Source of the DNA: Callorhinchus milii
Taxonomy: Eukaryota
Direction: 5' to 3'
DNA: 64,000 nucleotides
Assembly (NCBI RefSeq): GCF_018977255.1
Contig: NW_024704742.1
Coordinates: 45,200,001 to 45,264,000 of the forward strand
Part shown: positions 23,712 through 36,050 of the stretch, piece by piece
How positions within the stretch are numbered: the stretch's first letter is position 1
Layout of the letters: each line of letters begins with the position of its first letter
The notes under the pieces: model-generated
The model's database searches: none
Told to the model about the DNA's origin: nothing
Seen by the model: only the letters and a program-made list of their open reading frames with translations
Translations under genes and position numbers: made by a program

Positions 23712-25003
23712 TTCTATTTCCTTTTCATTTGCTTATGTACAACATTCATTTTTATTTCTAATCAAATATAATTTACAACATTCTACGCAAAGTTTATTTT
23801 TACATGAAAGTTGCTACTTAAATGGAAGTTATAATTTTCTACATATGCAGAAGTGGTTTATATTTTACTGAAAACTGTACTAGCATATTGCAGCTAGGAA
23901 ATGGATAGTACATCATGTCCGTTCAGAATAATGAGGAAATCCAATGCAATGCCAATAGATTTGTTCCCTACAGTGCAAAGGCATTACTAAAAATCAACGT
24001 TGCTCTTCAGACATCGTAAGTGTAGAAAAAAGGGAAATATACTGATTTAAATCTCCTGATAGTAATAATAAAATCTGGTTCAACTGTGACTTATAGCACT
24101 GGCAGTGAAAATGCTTCAAATTATCAGAAAAGGCAGAATACTCAATTTAATGTGATCCACCCCTTGATAATTGGCCCAATTAGTGTTTTTAGTACATTGT
24201 TAAAACTATCAAAGAGAGATTTAATCCCGCGAGTGCTAGTTTTTGCTTGGCTCTAAACTAATATCAAAAGTATTGAACTTATGAAATAGGACCCTTAAAT
24301 ACTGCCGATTATAATACTTTCACATTTATACAACATTTGGATAAAATACGTCAAAAAAGGTTGATTTTGGTTGAATCGATTTGATTTCCAGAATGTCAGT
24401 CGTCAACCACACCTCTATGCAAATGATTCCTCCAGATCACGAACAGGATGTGCACTAAAATCCCCCAATGACACTATTACAATGCAACATTCATCTGTGA
24501 ATACGTAGATCGGGTTACATGTTAATCAAAAGTCATGTTCATTCAGAATCTGGTTCCCAAGTATAATTTCTGATGTTATACAAGGTTATGAAACCAAAAT
24601 CTGGGGATATTTAGTAACTAAGTTTGTGAGTTTTTGAAATCACAATTAGCTGGTTTGCGAATATCCCATGTTAAACAGCTTTTAATATTCGCAAAAAGAA
24701 ATCACAATTAACATTTTGAATCATGTTAGCAATATCCAAATTAGATCCTAATGTTACTGCTCACTATAATTGGAAGCCAGAAGTCTAATAGTCTGGCTTC
24801 ATGGACATCCCCATTGAGAATCCTAATGGTATTGGGAAGGGGGATGATGTGAGAGAAGGGAAGAAAGATTATTTGCCACATTCATTGTGATAACTGTCAA
24901 AGTAAATTTACCCCAATGTATTTAACACAGTGAAAAAAAATGTAGAGCAAGGGGATGCAGACTTGAGCTCAGAAGAAGGAACGAACATAAGAAGCTTGGT
25001 TCA

Positions 25004-25499
25004 TTTTTTTTTGGCCAGCCGAGTGTCTGACACATGCGTAAACCCATCACTATGCTTAAGAGTACCCAAATGAAGCTGAGAATTCCATGCATCCCATCTC
25101 CACATGGAAATCCCAGAGAAAGATTGTTGGAATGGAATGCAAGAGCCAAGGCTTGGGGACCCAAGTGTGTGTTGGGGTACTGCTGGAATCTAACCAAGCT
25201 AAAACTGCACAGCTTACCATTATATTGCTGTCCAGCAAGTTTTACCACCTCTTGTCCAGCTAGAACTACCCTACCAGTTAGGGCTTTGGCTCGCAGGATT
25301 AACAGGAACTGAGTGGGGTAATAACCTGCCCCAAGTAACTGATTTGCCCTTCCAAGTCCTGCCAATGAATTTAGCTGTCTGGGCTGTCATCAACCATGCA
25401 ATACTGCAGATCAGTCTGGCTAAGTGAATGGACTACCGAGACCGCTATAGAGGGCTGGCTCGATTCTGATTTTCCGTTGCCAAGCATGTCACCTTGGAG
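25004..25499 (-). mobile_element. A-tailed retroposon family X, copy 2
   Basis: T9 run, then GGCCAGCCGAGTGTCTGACACATGCG.AAACCCATCACTATG; collinear with 45582-46160 apart from one internal deletion. Confidence 0.85.
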
Positions 25500-27329
25500 G
25501 AAATTAATATGGAACAGTTCAAGGCAGTAATGAAAGCAAATTTTGTCAGCAAGTTCAAAAGGGAATTTAGCACTATGTTTTTCTGCTTCATAAATGCAAC
25601 TTCTAATGATGCAGTGATGCAATAGGTAGTTCTGCAGAAGGTCTGTGTGCTTTTATTATGTATTTTTTGTAGGTGAATAGGACAGCCAATTTATACTCAG
25701 CAATATCCCACAATCAGCCATGAAGTAAGTGACCAATTTTATCTGGGTGCCAGATAAAATTGTATTTCAATTTTATTTCCCAATTTCAAATTCTTTCAAA
25801 ATAAAACTGATTTAGGCATTGGTGTGGCATGCCCATACAAGGACAATTAAACACTACGGTTAATTTAAATACATAAATTATATCAAAATACATTGTATTC
25901 CATTGACTTTTATGCTGCTGAATAAACAGCAACTCTTTTGGTGTGATTAGCAATCCGAACATCATGTGTTTAGACAAAGTAACTTAAAATCTGTTAAAAG
26001 TACATGAGAAGTTAAAAAGAGCCGTCCACATAAAGTGAATAATTTCGCTCTGTAAAACATCATGTTCACTTCCAAAGAGATTAGAGCTTTGTACAACAAC
26101 TAAGAACGTTATCTGACTGAACCAGTTGAAATGTTTCAAACATTGAGAGGAACTACACATAGAAGTCAGTGCAATAAAAAAAATGAACATTTACAAACAG
26201 CTTAATACAGGCTGAATAGAAGGATTTCTTAAATGTTAATTAAGAACAAGTTTAACCTCTTTGTTGAGCATTCTGTGCTCCATTTTTATTTCATAGGCTG
26301 TTACTCGAACCCCTTTCAAATGCATTATAGTTTTGGATTATTCTATGAGGCAATTTTATTCAAAGTTTTATTATTATCTCCAAGCAACCTTTTAGACAAA
26401 CTATCTATTAATTTGACATAGTTTGGTAAATATGAAGTTTTCAATGTGATTTTTTTAGTGGATTTGGAAAGAACTATTTCTTCTGGTATGACAGTCAATT
26501 TTACCTTTTGTAAAGGAATTGTGAATACTCCACAACATATCAATAAATGTTTTATATAAATGGTGTAAAGTGGATATAAATTCAAATGCTCGCATTGATT
26601 TTTCAAATTCGATGTCATATCTTATTACCCACCTATAACCTTACTGGTTTACATTACACCAATGGGAAAGAAAAAAGTTAAATGAAAGGGCCCAGTAAAT
26701 CTTTATGCTGAATGATGTCAGCTAAAACAGTCTTGTCAATCTAAAAAGTGGCATAACGTTATGATTCTTCAATGGAATTATCTGAAAGGTCCTTATAAAA
26801 ATCTCTGAAACAACACAAAAAGGTGACCCCACTGTGCAACTCACCAGTGTACTGTAGGCTTCTAGGGAGTTGATTTAATACTTGCAGTTAATACACAGGA
26901 ATAGAGGAAAAGATGATTAGGGTCTTACTGCCTGGTCCCATTTTCTAAATTCGCACTGCTTGCTATCTGTCATGTCCCAAATTCCCATTGCTAGCATATA
27001 CCTATTCAATTCCTTCTTGAAACTTTTGACGCTATCCACCTGAAATGCCTCCAGGGTAATTCCTTGCCATATGATAAGTTCCCAATTTGGCCTAAACTGT
27101 CAAAATAAGATGTCAAGAAGAGAGCAAATCAACTCACAATCCAGCATCAACAGTGAATGTGAGCACAGGACACTTGTCCAGGTATTCATTTGCGGAATAA
27201 GGCATGATGCTCTTCAGAAAGAGGAGAGGTAATGTAAAATGTGTGGGGGGGAGGAACACGTTAAACTAAAATGGCAGTGCAAAACCTAGAAAAGTTGTAT
27301 AGAATGTATTGCAAGAATTCCAAGTTCAT

Positions 27330-27476
27330 ATGCTGTGCGCAATTGGCTGCTGCATTTCACCCACACAATATACAGTCAATTCACTTTACAGTACATTATG
27401 TGAAGCGCTTTGAGACGTCTTGAAGATGCAATAAAGCGTTATATCAAATGTAAGGATTATATTTATTATTATTATT
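27330..27476 (+). mobile_element. SINE 3' half
   Basis: TGCTGTGCGCAATTGGCTGC...TGTGAAGCGCTTTGAGACG...ATCAAATGTAAGGATT. Confidence 0.88.
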
Positions 27477-28466
27477 TGTTGATCAGATGAGGTTGAAAAC
27501 ATTTATGGCAATTATGTATGATGTGTGTGTGTGTATAGATACATATATATATATAACTATGCATATATCTATATATACAGATATATACAGTATGATGCAA
27601 TTTTCATTTAAAAAGTTCTTGTGCTCCAAATAGCATGACTGCAAAATAAATTCTTTGAAGTTTCTAAAAGGCATCTATGGAATTTCTTAGAGAAGAAATC
27701 TCAATAGTCTCTCTCTTATAATGTTGAATACTGAAAACTGAATCTGATGGGAGTTGATTCAGAACTTGTATGTGGCTTTATGAAATCATTTTTGTTATTG
27801 AAAATTTTCCTTAGGGCATGATCGTACTTTTGATAAACCTCCTACTTGCTGCAATATTTTCTGCTGGATTCAAATGGAAGCTCCTAATGCTCCAGCATCA
27901 AACCAACAATCTTTAAAGTTTGAATCGAACAGTCTCACATCTCAGCTAAGCAGGCTCTGCTTAGAGGACATGTCATTTCCCACTGAAACACTACAGTTCT
28001 TTTACTCTGATCATGACCAAATAAAAGATTAAGCATTCATATCACTGATTTTTTTACCAAGCTGCAATTATTAAGCCTAACTGGATGAATTTTAAAGCTT
28101 TGTACTTCAGCATTGAATCACAAGAAGGGAAATGTTCCACTCTATTTTAACTTTAGGATGAACAGATGAGCTTAGTGGTACAAATGGGTCATGTACGGTT
28201 TAACCACAAATATCCAAATATATTTAATGCACGTACATCCTTCATATGCAAATTCCATTTACATCTCCCCACAGAACTTTTTAATATCACATCAATGTTT
28301 AAAGGGTAAGTCTCTCACATTGGAGCTATTACATTTGTCACTTGGATATGTTTTCTTTCTTTGCGGGGGTGAGGTATGGTTGCCCTCTGTCCTCACTATG
28401 TAAAGAATTTTAGCGCTGGCACCCAAGTGTATGGCTTTGTGGAGCAATACGTTAATGATCCATTGT

Positions 28467-29596
28467 TCATAGAATCATAGAATTGTACAACATAAAAAGA
28501 GGCCATTCGGCCCATCGAGTCTGTGCCGGCACTTTGAACACAGCAATTAATGTCAATCCCACTTCCCAGCCCTTTCCCTATAACCCAGCAAATCCATCCT
28601 CCTCAATTACCCATCCACCGCGTTTTTAAAAGTTGTCATCGAATCGGCCTCGACCACCCTTTCAGGCAATGCGTTCCAGATTCGAACAACTCGCGGCGTG
28701 AAAAAATTTCTTCTCACCTCCCCTCTGCTTCTTTTAGAGACTATTTTGAATCTGTGACCTCGAGTCACCGACACACCCACCAGTGGAAACAGTTTTTCCC
28801 TTTCCAACCTATCAAAACCCCTCATGATTTTGAAGACCTCTATTAGGTCTCCTCGTAACCTTCTCAGTTCCAATGAGAATAATCCCAGCCTCTCTAGCCT
28901 GTCCTCATAATCAAGGTCCCTCATTCCTGATCCTCATAAATCTCCTCTGCACCCTTTCCAATGCCTTAACATCCTTCCTATAGTGTGGTGCCCAGAACTG
29001 GACACATTATTCTAACTGAGGCCTGACCAGTGTTTTATATAGTTTAATCATAACCTCCTGACTCTTGTACTCTGTGCCCCTACTTATAAAGCCTAGAATC
29101 CCATTTGCCCTTTTTACAGCTGTCTACGTGTCCTGCCGCCTTCAAGGATTCATTTACCTGTACCCACAGATCACTCTGTTCTTTTACCCCCCTTAAGATT
29201 GTATTACCTAGCTATATTGCCTCCCCTCATTCTTTCTACCAAAATGCATTATTTCGCATTTCTCCACATTGAAATTCATCTGCCATGTGTCTGCCCATTT
29301 TACCATTCTCTCTATGTCTTCCTGCAGTTGGCTGCTATCCTTCTCACTGTTTACTCCCCTACCTAACTTTGTGTCGTCTGTAAACTTGGAAATGGTGCTT
29401 GCTATACCCAAGTCCAGATCATTTATGTATATTAAGAAGAGCAGTGGTCCTAATACCGATCCCTGGGGGATACCACTGTACACTTCCCTCCAGTCAGAAA
29501 AGCAGCCGTTCACCACAACTCTCTGCTTTCTGTCTTCCAACCAGTTCTGGATCCATGCTGCCACTCTCCCTTTTATACCATGGGCTTCTATCTTTG
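28467..29596 (-). mobile_element. CR1 LINE, 5'-truncated ORF2 pseudogene
   Basis: WIQNWLEDRKQRVVVNG...GIPQGSVLGPLLFLIYINDLD...KFTDDTKLG...WQMNFNVEKC plus an ATTCTATG tail; same subfamily as 15790-16430. Confidence 0.97.
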
Positions 29597-29675
29597 CATT
29601 GTTGTGCATCAAGGATATAATAACCTGGTGGAGTGCATGCATTGTGCTAGTCTTCACAGTTAAGAAAGTAGACAT

Positions 29676-29750
29676 GATAATAATAATAATCCTCGCATTT
29701 GATATAGTGCCTTAGCACATCTTCGAAATGCCTCAAAGCGCTTTGATAGT
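29676..29750 (-). mobile_element. SINE tail fragment
   Basis: (AAT)n CCTCGCATTTGATATAGTGC...CTCAAAGCGCTT. Confidence 0.8.
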
Positions 29751-29781
29751 GAAGTAAGTAGACATCAGAGGGTGTGGCTTT

Positions 29782-30510
29782 AATAATAATAATACCTACA
29801 TCTGATATAGCGTATTTCTTGTCGGGAAAACATCTCAAAGTGCTTCATAGGATGTAGTGTAAAGTCCCTGTGCATTTTATGTTCACTAGGTTGGTTTCTG
29901 GGATGAGGGAGTTGATCTATGAGGATACGTTGTGTAAACTAGGCCTATATTCTCTAGAATATACAAAAATTAGAGCTGATCTTATGGAAACCTATAAGAG
30001 TCTCAAGGGTCTTGACAGGGTAGATGCCGTGATACTGTTTCTCCTGGTTGGAGAATCTAAAACTAGAGGTCATAGTATCAAGATTAAGGGTCTGCCTTTT
30101 TGAACTGAGTTGAGGAAACATTTGCTCACTCAGAGGGTATTGAATTTGTGGAATTCTCTACCCCAGAAGGCTGTGGATGCTCAGTCCTTGAACATATTCA
30201 AGACTGAGGTTGATAGATTTCTAAAGGATAGAGGGATTAAGGGATATGGGGATAGGGCAGGTAAATGGAATTAGGTTAGAAGATCAGCCATGATCTTATT
30301 AAATGGTGGGGCAGACTTGAGGGGCAGAATGGCCTACTCCTGCTCCTATGTCTTATGGTCTAAATGCGGCAGCCAATTTACACACAGCAATGTCACAAAT
30401 ACCCTTGAAGTGAATGACCAATTTTAGCTGGGTGATTGTTGGACAGGATACGACGATAAACTCCCTGCTCTTTTCGAATAGTGCCATGGAAATTCCATCT
30501 ATGTCTGGAT
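29782..30510 (-). mobile_element. Deu-type SINE split by a CR1 insertion (29782-29881 and 30358-30510)
   Basis: The tail part stops at TGTGCATTTTATG and the consensus resumes at GTCTAAATGCGGCAGCCAAT...GAATAGTGCCATGG. Confidence 0.75.
29882..30357 (+). mobile_element. CR1 3' fragment, second subfamily
   Basis: FTRLVSGMRELIYED...LGLYSLE...KTRGHSIKIKG; 3' UTR GATCAGCCATGATC...GAATGGCCTACTCCTGCTCCTATGTCTTATG. Confidence 0.93.
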
Positions 30511-31499
30511 TTACTCCATTAAAAGAAAACTTCAGAGCATCCTGTAGTTGTAAATTGTTGAATTCAGTCATAACTTTGAAGTCGGTTTTCTATAGTTCTT
30601 AAAATAACTTACAGAAAAACAGTTTCAAAATGAAAGCTGTGTTTAACAATTGTGAATCTATACCCAAATAGAATTTCCTCCCACAGTCTCCTTAATTTCT
30701 TTCTCTTTCTGGTAGCATAACTGATAATAAACAATCTTTAAATAAAATCAGGGAGCATTTTAAAACCTTTAAACCCTAATGAAAAAATCTTTCATGTTAA
30801 TACTGTAACTCATGTTTGACACATTCAAATGAAATGCTAAAAAAAGTGGCAGATGTGAGACTATGAACCACTGCCTGTATAAATGAGCTCTAAAGCCTCT
30901 CCTATGTTAAATGGATACACAATCAATCAATGTGCATGGCAAGGATCATAACCGTCTTTGGCTGACTTCCTAAGAAAACTATATAGATCTGTGGCTTGGT
31001 ATTAACATTAAAAATATTAAAATAAAAACAGTGAGTAAACCTTTTTACGAGATTGCTGACTTAGAAATAAATCATCTTTTTCTGTCTACAATTAGATTAT
31101 TTTTGCCCTCAAAATTGAATGATAACTTCTTGTGTTGACTTTTAATAAATATGTATTTGTATGATATTTAGTTGTTCTTAGCTATGACAGACTAAATGCA
31201 CCATCACATTGATCTAAAGTACCCTCACAGGAGCAGGGCAGCATTATTTTCTTGTATTGATATTTCATGAAATTCCAGGCCCAATGTTAGTTAATGGATT
31301 AGTCATATATGAAGCGCAATCTGCTGCTTATTTATTATTTTTCCTGAAAACACAGTCACTAGACTTTATAGTAGAATCCTGTGAAGTGTTTTGAGACCTC
31401 CTTCCAACATGAAAGCCTCTGTATAAGGATTTTCATAATTTTTATATTATTTTAATTCCGTTTATTCATGTTTGCTTCTTTCATCACCAACAATCAGCA

Positions 31500-31828
31500 T
31501 TCCGCTCGCAAGCGAGAGCACTTGGATTTGTTTCCCAGGCACGATAAAATGGTGTGCAAGTTTCCTTACTCCACATGCCGCTGTTTACCAAGCAATAAGT
31601 AGGAATGGTTGTTTGTCGATTGGCGGATCGATTTTCTGGTGGTAATAAATCCCTTGAAAAAAATAATAATTTGGTCATTTGTGGATACTGCGATGCACAA
31701 TTGGCTGCCACATTTTTCCCACAAAATATACAATCAATTCACCTTACAGTATATTTTGTGAAGAGCTTTGAGATATGTCGAAGATGTGATAAAACGCTAT
31801 ATCAAATGCAAGGATTATTATTATTATA
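31500..31828 (+). mobile_element. tRNA-SINE, long-middle subfamily
   Basis: GCAAGCGAGAG head remnant, CAAGTTTCCTTACTCCACATG, TCGATTGGCGGATCG middle, shared tail. Confidence 0.85.
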
Positions 31829-32697
31829 ATCATCTTTAAACCTAATGATTCCTTTTTTGCTGCAAGGTGTCATGACCTTGTTCTCTTGAAAACTACCATC
31901 CAGAGGTGTGCTCATAGCAGACAAGCAGACAATGATATTTCTATCATACGTGCATGGTGCAAAAGGTCAGTATTGTTACTAATGAGAGGAGAATAACCCT
32001 TGTGTGTTAGTTTTACCCAGGGATGAGCTGCTCTCGCTAATATTGCACAGTTGATGGACATACTGATGTCCATCACTGAACTAGAATGCTTTCTTTATGT
32101 AATGGGAGCTCTTAATCCGTATTAATACATTCCTTACCTTTCTGGGCCACCAACAGGTGAGGTAATGTATTGGAAAGAAGGTAATTAAGAACAAAAGGGA
32201 GTCACCGCAGGCAGTTTCTTCTCTTAAAGTGAAGACAATGAGCTTGAATGATTTTAGGTCCTGATTTGGCTCACATTAGTTTATTCTGCTGGTTATTAAA
32301 TGAATTCCCCCATCCACCATTGCCATGGTGATAGACTATCGATTAGCCATCTGGGAATACAATTCAAATTGTGTACCTTTATTCTGGCTTCTATCTTATT
32401 ACTAATAAGACGTGTGTAGACATGACAGGGAAATCAGAACAATGAAGCCAGGTATCCTTCCCCCAATATCCAAATACGCTTTGATGACCAATTTCAATTT
32501 AATACTGTACATTAGTTTACCTACTAAATTAAAACTGCTTTAAATAGAATCTGAGGCCACAAGTGGCTGTTTTAATCCTCAATATAAATGACCTAAATGT
32601 ATTCCACTCTTTTGCTCACTCCCCAAACTCTTAATATTGTTTACTTTGCAGGGGGCACAATCCGCGACAGCAACAAGGTAAAGGCTGCATGTGTTGA

Positions 32698-32921
32698 TTT
32701 TTTTGGGTCAGCCGAGTGTTTGACGCATGCAGAAAACCCATCAGCGTGCTTAAAGAGTATCATGTCACTCGGGGTAGGGACCCTTCACACTCAGAATCCT
32801 GCAAGCCCAAACCCTAATGGATTGGGTGGTCCTAGCTGAACAAGCAGTAGGAAAGCTTGCAGTGTTCTCAATAGCAAGCTACGTGATTTTAAACTCCAGC
32901 GGTAACCCCATTACACACTCA
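32698..32921 (-). mobile_element. A-tailed retroposon family X, copy 3, with inverted 5' segment
   Basis: 32698-32760 is the 3' end on the minus strand; 32761-32921 is an upstream family segment in the opposite orientation. Confidence 0.8.
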
Positions 32922-34409
32922 GTGTTTATTATTGATGAAGTAAGTCAAAAATAAATGAATGTCAATTTAAGCAAACAAAACTTGGGGTCTGTTTTTTGGA
33001 CAGAAAACTCAAACAACTGATTCTCTTGTCCTTAACTGCGGCACGACAATTTCAAAGTTGCCAAGTTCCGTGTGGTTAAAAATCCAACGCAGTCAAAATA
33101 AAAATTGCATGTTCTTTCTGAATAATCCTCTGCAGTTGAGTTTCTATTACCTATTCATTACACATTCCAATGCAAGATCCTACTGATAAACAAAGGGAAC
33201 ACAACCCAAGCAGTAATATGCATCCAGATAGGATGAGGGAGAAAATTTACTTGGGTCTAGATTTACTCTATTTACTTAGAAGTTCAGATCATCCAGAATT
33301 TGGCAAATTCATAAATGCAAGCCTAATTTTGAAGCTGTAAATTATTTTAAGATCTTTGGGTAAAACATTTTCAGTATTAAGACTAAATTCAACAATTTAC
33401 CAAATTCTGATCACTATGACGATGAAATAGAATAAATGTAGAGACAGATTGAATTCCTCGGTCAATGACTTCTACATTTTATCTTTTGTGCTCAGTGTGA
33501 GAAGAAAGCAAGGGGGATTGTAAATTGCAAATAACAAACCTGGAGGCTAATTTATAAATGCTCGGAATCAAGAAAGAAACATCACAACAGTCAACAACCC
33601 GAGGTACACAATACATAAGTCCAACAACAGAAGGTACCAGAAACACTAGTCATGTATTAAGAGCACCCAAAACTTCCAAACCTAATCCATTCACAGCACT
33701 TCACAACCTAACAAGATTTGCCTATATTTTTTGTTTCCTCATTCAGTGTGCTGAGCTCTTTGTTCTCTATTGATAGAAAATATGCAGGAATGCTTTTTTT
33801 TCAATCACCGTATAATCTCAAGTAAGCTCTGTAAAACAGAAGATAAATATTATATCAATAGGTAAAATCATACTTGTATCAATGTCACATAACACCTAAA
33901 TACAAAATAGCTGGAAAGCAGTGCGTAGTGTAGTTATTTGCAAAATTAGGTATATATTCTAAAACTATTACAGTAGACCATTTTGACATTTCACACATTA
34001 AACCAATGATCTGATTTCAGGCTCAAAGCATTGAATAGAATCTCATAATCCTGCTTTGGTCAAGATCATTCTCACATCTATACTCATATTCGATCATTTC
34101 CAATAGGACAGTGATGTACCAAGGACAAGGTTGTTTAAGGAATTTTTTTTTGTTACGGAACACATCTATTTTCAATTAAAGAATTACATTTCACCAAGAA
34201 ACAAAATTACTAAAATAATCTTCACAAAATTACTGAGCAATATTTGGGGATTAGGTTCTTTTTAGATTATAAAACTACAATATCTTCTGTTGTGATTATT
34301 GTTCAGTAAAATAATGTGGTAATACAGGATAATTCCTCTTTATCAAGTTTCAGCCAACTTGTTCCTTTGGAATAACATAAAGTTATTTTTTTTAATATGC
34401 CCTATCCTC

Positions 34410-34597
34410 CCAGTCTCCTGATCAACAATCCCCCAAATAAAATTGCTTATTCTTTTGTGGCTGTTTGTGAGACATTGCTGTGCACAAATGGGCTGCTGCA
34501 TTCACCTTAATTCACATGCACTCCATTTCAAAGTAAATTCTGTGAAACACTGTGAAACATTTTTCTGATGTGATAAGGCGATGATGCAAGAATTATT
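34410..34597 (+). mobile_element. Deu-type SINE 3' fragment
   Basis: AACAATCCCCCAAATAAAATTG...GACATTGCTGTGCACAAAT...ATGCAAGAATTATT. Confidence 0.7.
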
Positions 34598-35344
34598 AAG
34601 TACATTTAGGTCACCTAAAAAAAAAGTAAACATTCTTTCCTCACCATTGAAATTGCTACCCAAATTTCCCATGGTATTAGTCATAACAATTGTCTTAAAA
34701 TATAAGATTGTACAGAATTATGGAAAAAAAATAATTTGTAGTTTGATTTGTACAGCTATGAGGTGATGGTTGATGGTGATATTTTGGAGTTTCATTTGAT
34801 TATTTTGACTATGCAAGTATTTATCTTCAACCCTCATTCAATCTCATCCACTTAATTTCAAACTCGGCCACCCTCAATTCTCAGCCCCACTCAGTATGGG
34901 CCATAATCATTCTCAGAAATGCTGAATCTCAGCCTTACTCAGATGTTATTTATTTATTGCTCAGGTGCTATTTATGTTTGCTGGAATCTTTCAAAAAAAT
35001 ATTTGTGCGCCCCTGGATGGATTTTTAGTTACACTCTCATTTAGATTTCCCTGAATACCAAAAGTGGGTATGTACTACCCCAAATGCTAATGAAGAGACA
35101 TAACATCCAACAAGTTGCACAGCACTATTGGAGTATTAATTTTATTTCTATTCTTGCATTTGATATAGATTTTTGCACACCAGAAAGGCACCTCAAAGCA
35201 TTTCACAGGAGTTTTAATCTACTGTAACGTAAAGTGACTGTATTTTGTGGGCAAATGTGGCAACCAATTTGTGAGGAATCTAAACACATTTCTCTCCTCA
35301 TGTTTATGTCCTTATTTCTAGTGTCACTTGGATAGCTAGATTTT

Positions 35345-35728
35345 ATAATAATAGTAATATTTGAATCCTTGCCTTTGATATAGTACTTTAGCACAATGTT
35401 GAGATGTCTCAACACGCTTCACAGGATATACAGTAAAGTGATGTTACTGTGTGTATTTTGTGGGTGAAACACAGCAGCCAATTTGTTCACAGCAGAATCC
35501 ACACAAACAGTCATAGAATGTGTGAACACTTTTTTGGGGGCATTGTTGGCCAGGATACTAGGAGAAACTACCTTACCTTTTTGAATAGGGCCAAAGGATC
35601 TTTCACATCCACCTGGACAGACCTCAGTTTAACGTCTCATTTGAAAGGCAGCATGTCCACTCCCTCCCCCCTCCAGAACTGCATTGGATGTGGGGTCAGA
35701 CTATAGGGTACCAACTGAGCCAAGCTTA
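35345..35728 (-). mobile_element. Deu-domain SINE
   Basis: Tail, then GGATCTTTCACATCCACCTG...CTCAGTTTAACGTCTCAT, then head TACCAACTGAGCCAAGCT (all reverse complement). Confidence 0.8.
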
Positions 35729-35894
35729 CACCTGACATTTTGATGAAACACAATTACAAACAAATAATTCAAATCCACAATATATGTACAACCTAAGCTT
35801 TTACATGGAGTAGATTTTATACACCCAAAATTTCCCCTCGTCTTTAAGATCATTTGATCTTAAATGTTAAGCTTGGAAACATATTCTATAATAA

Positions 35895-36050
35895 CTTTCA
35901 AAAGGGAATTGGATAGGTACTTAAAAAGGAAAAATTTGTAGTTCTATGAGATAAAAGTGGGACTAGTCAGTAGCACTTTCAAAGAGCTGACACAGGCAGG
36001 ATGGGCCGAATGGCCTCCTTCTGTGCTGTATGATTCTATAATTCTATGAT
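35895..36050 (+). mobile_element. CR1 3' terminus
   Basis: TTCAAAAGGGAATTGGATAGGTAC...GATGGGCCGAATGGCCTCCTTCTGTGCTGTATGATTCTATAATTCTATGA. Confidence 0.9.

Noticed and set aside
24417..24424. Octamer ATGCAAAT as an snRNA or immunoglobulin promoter element
   Set aside because: An 8-mer is expected by chance in AT-rich 64 kb, and no downstream snRNA, leader exon or V segment is visible.
29208..29675. 155-aa RT-like ORF as an active gene
   Set aside because: It is a 5'-truncated CR1; the N-terminus is read-through from flanking DNA, the catalytic motif reads FTDD, and stops/frameshifts follow.
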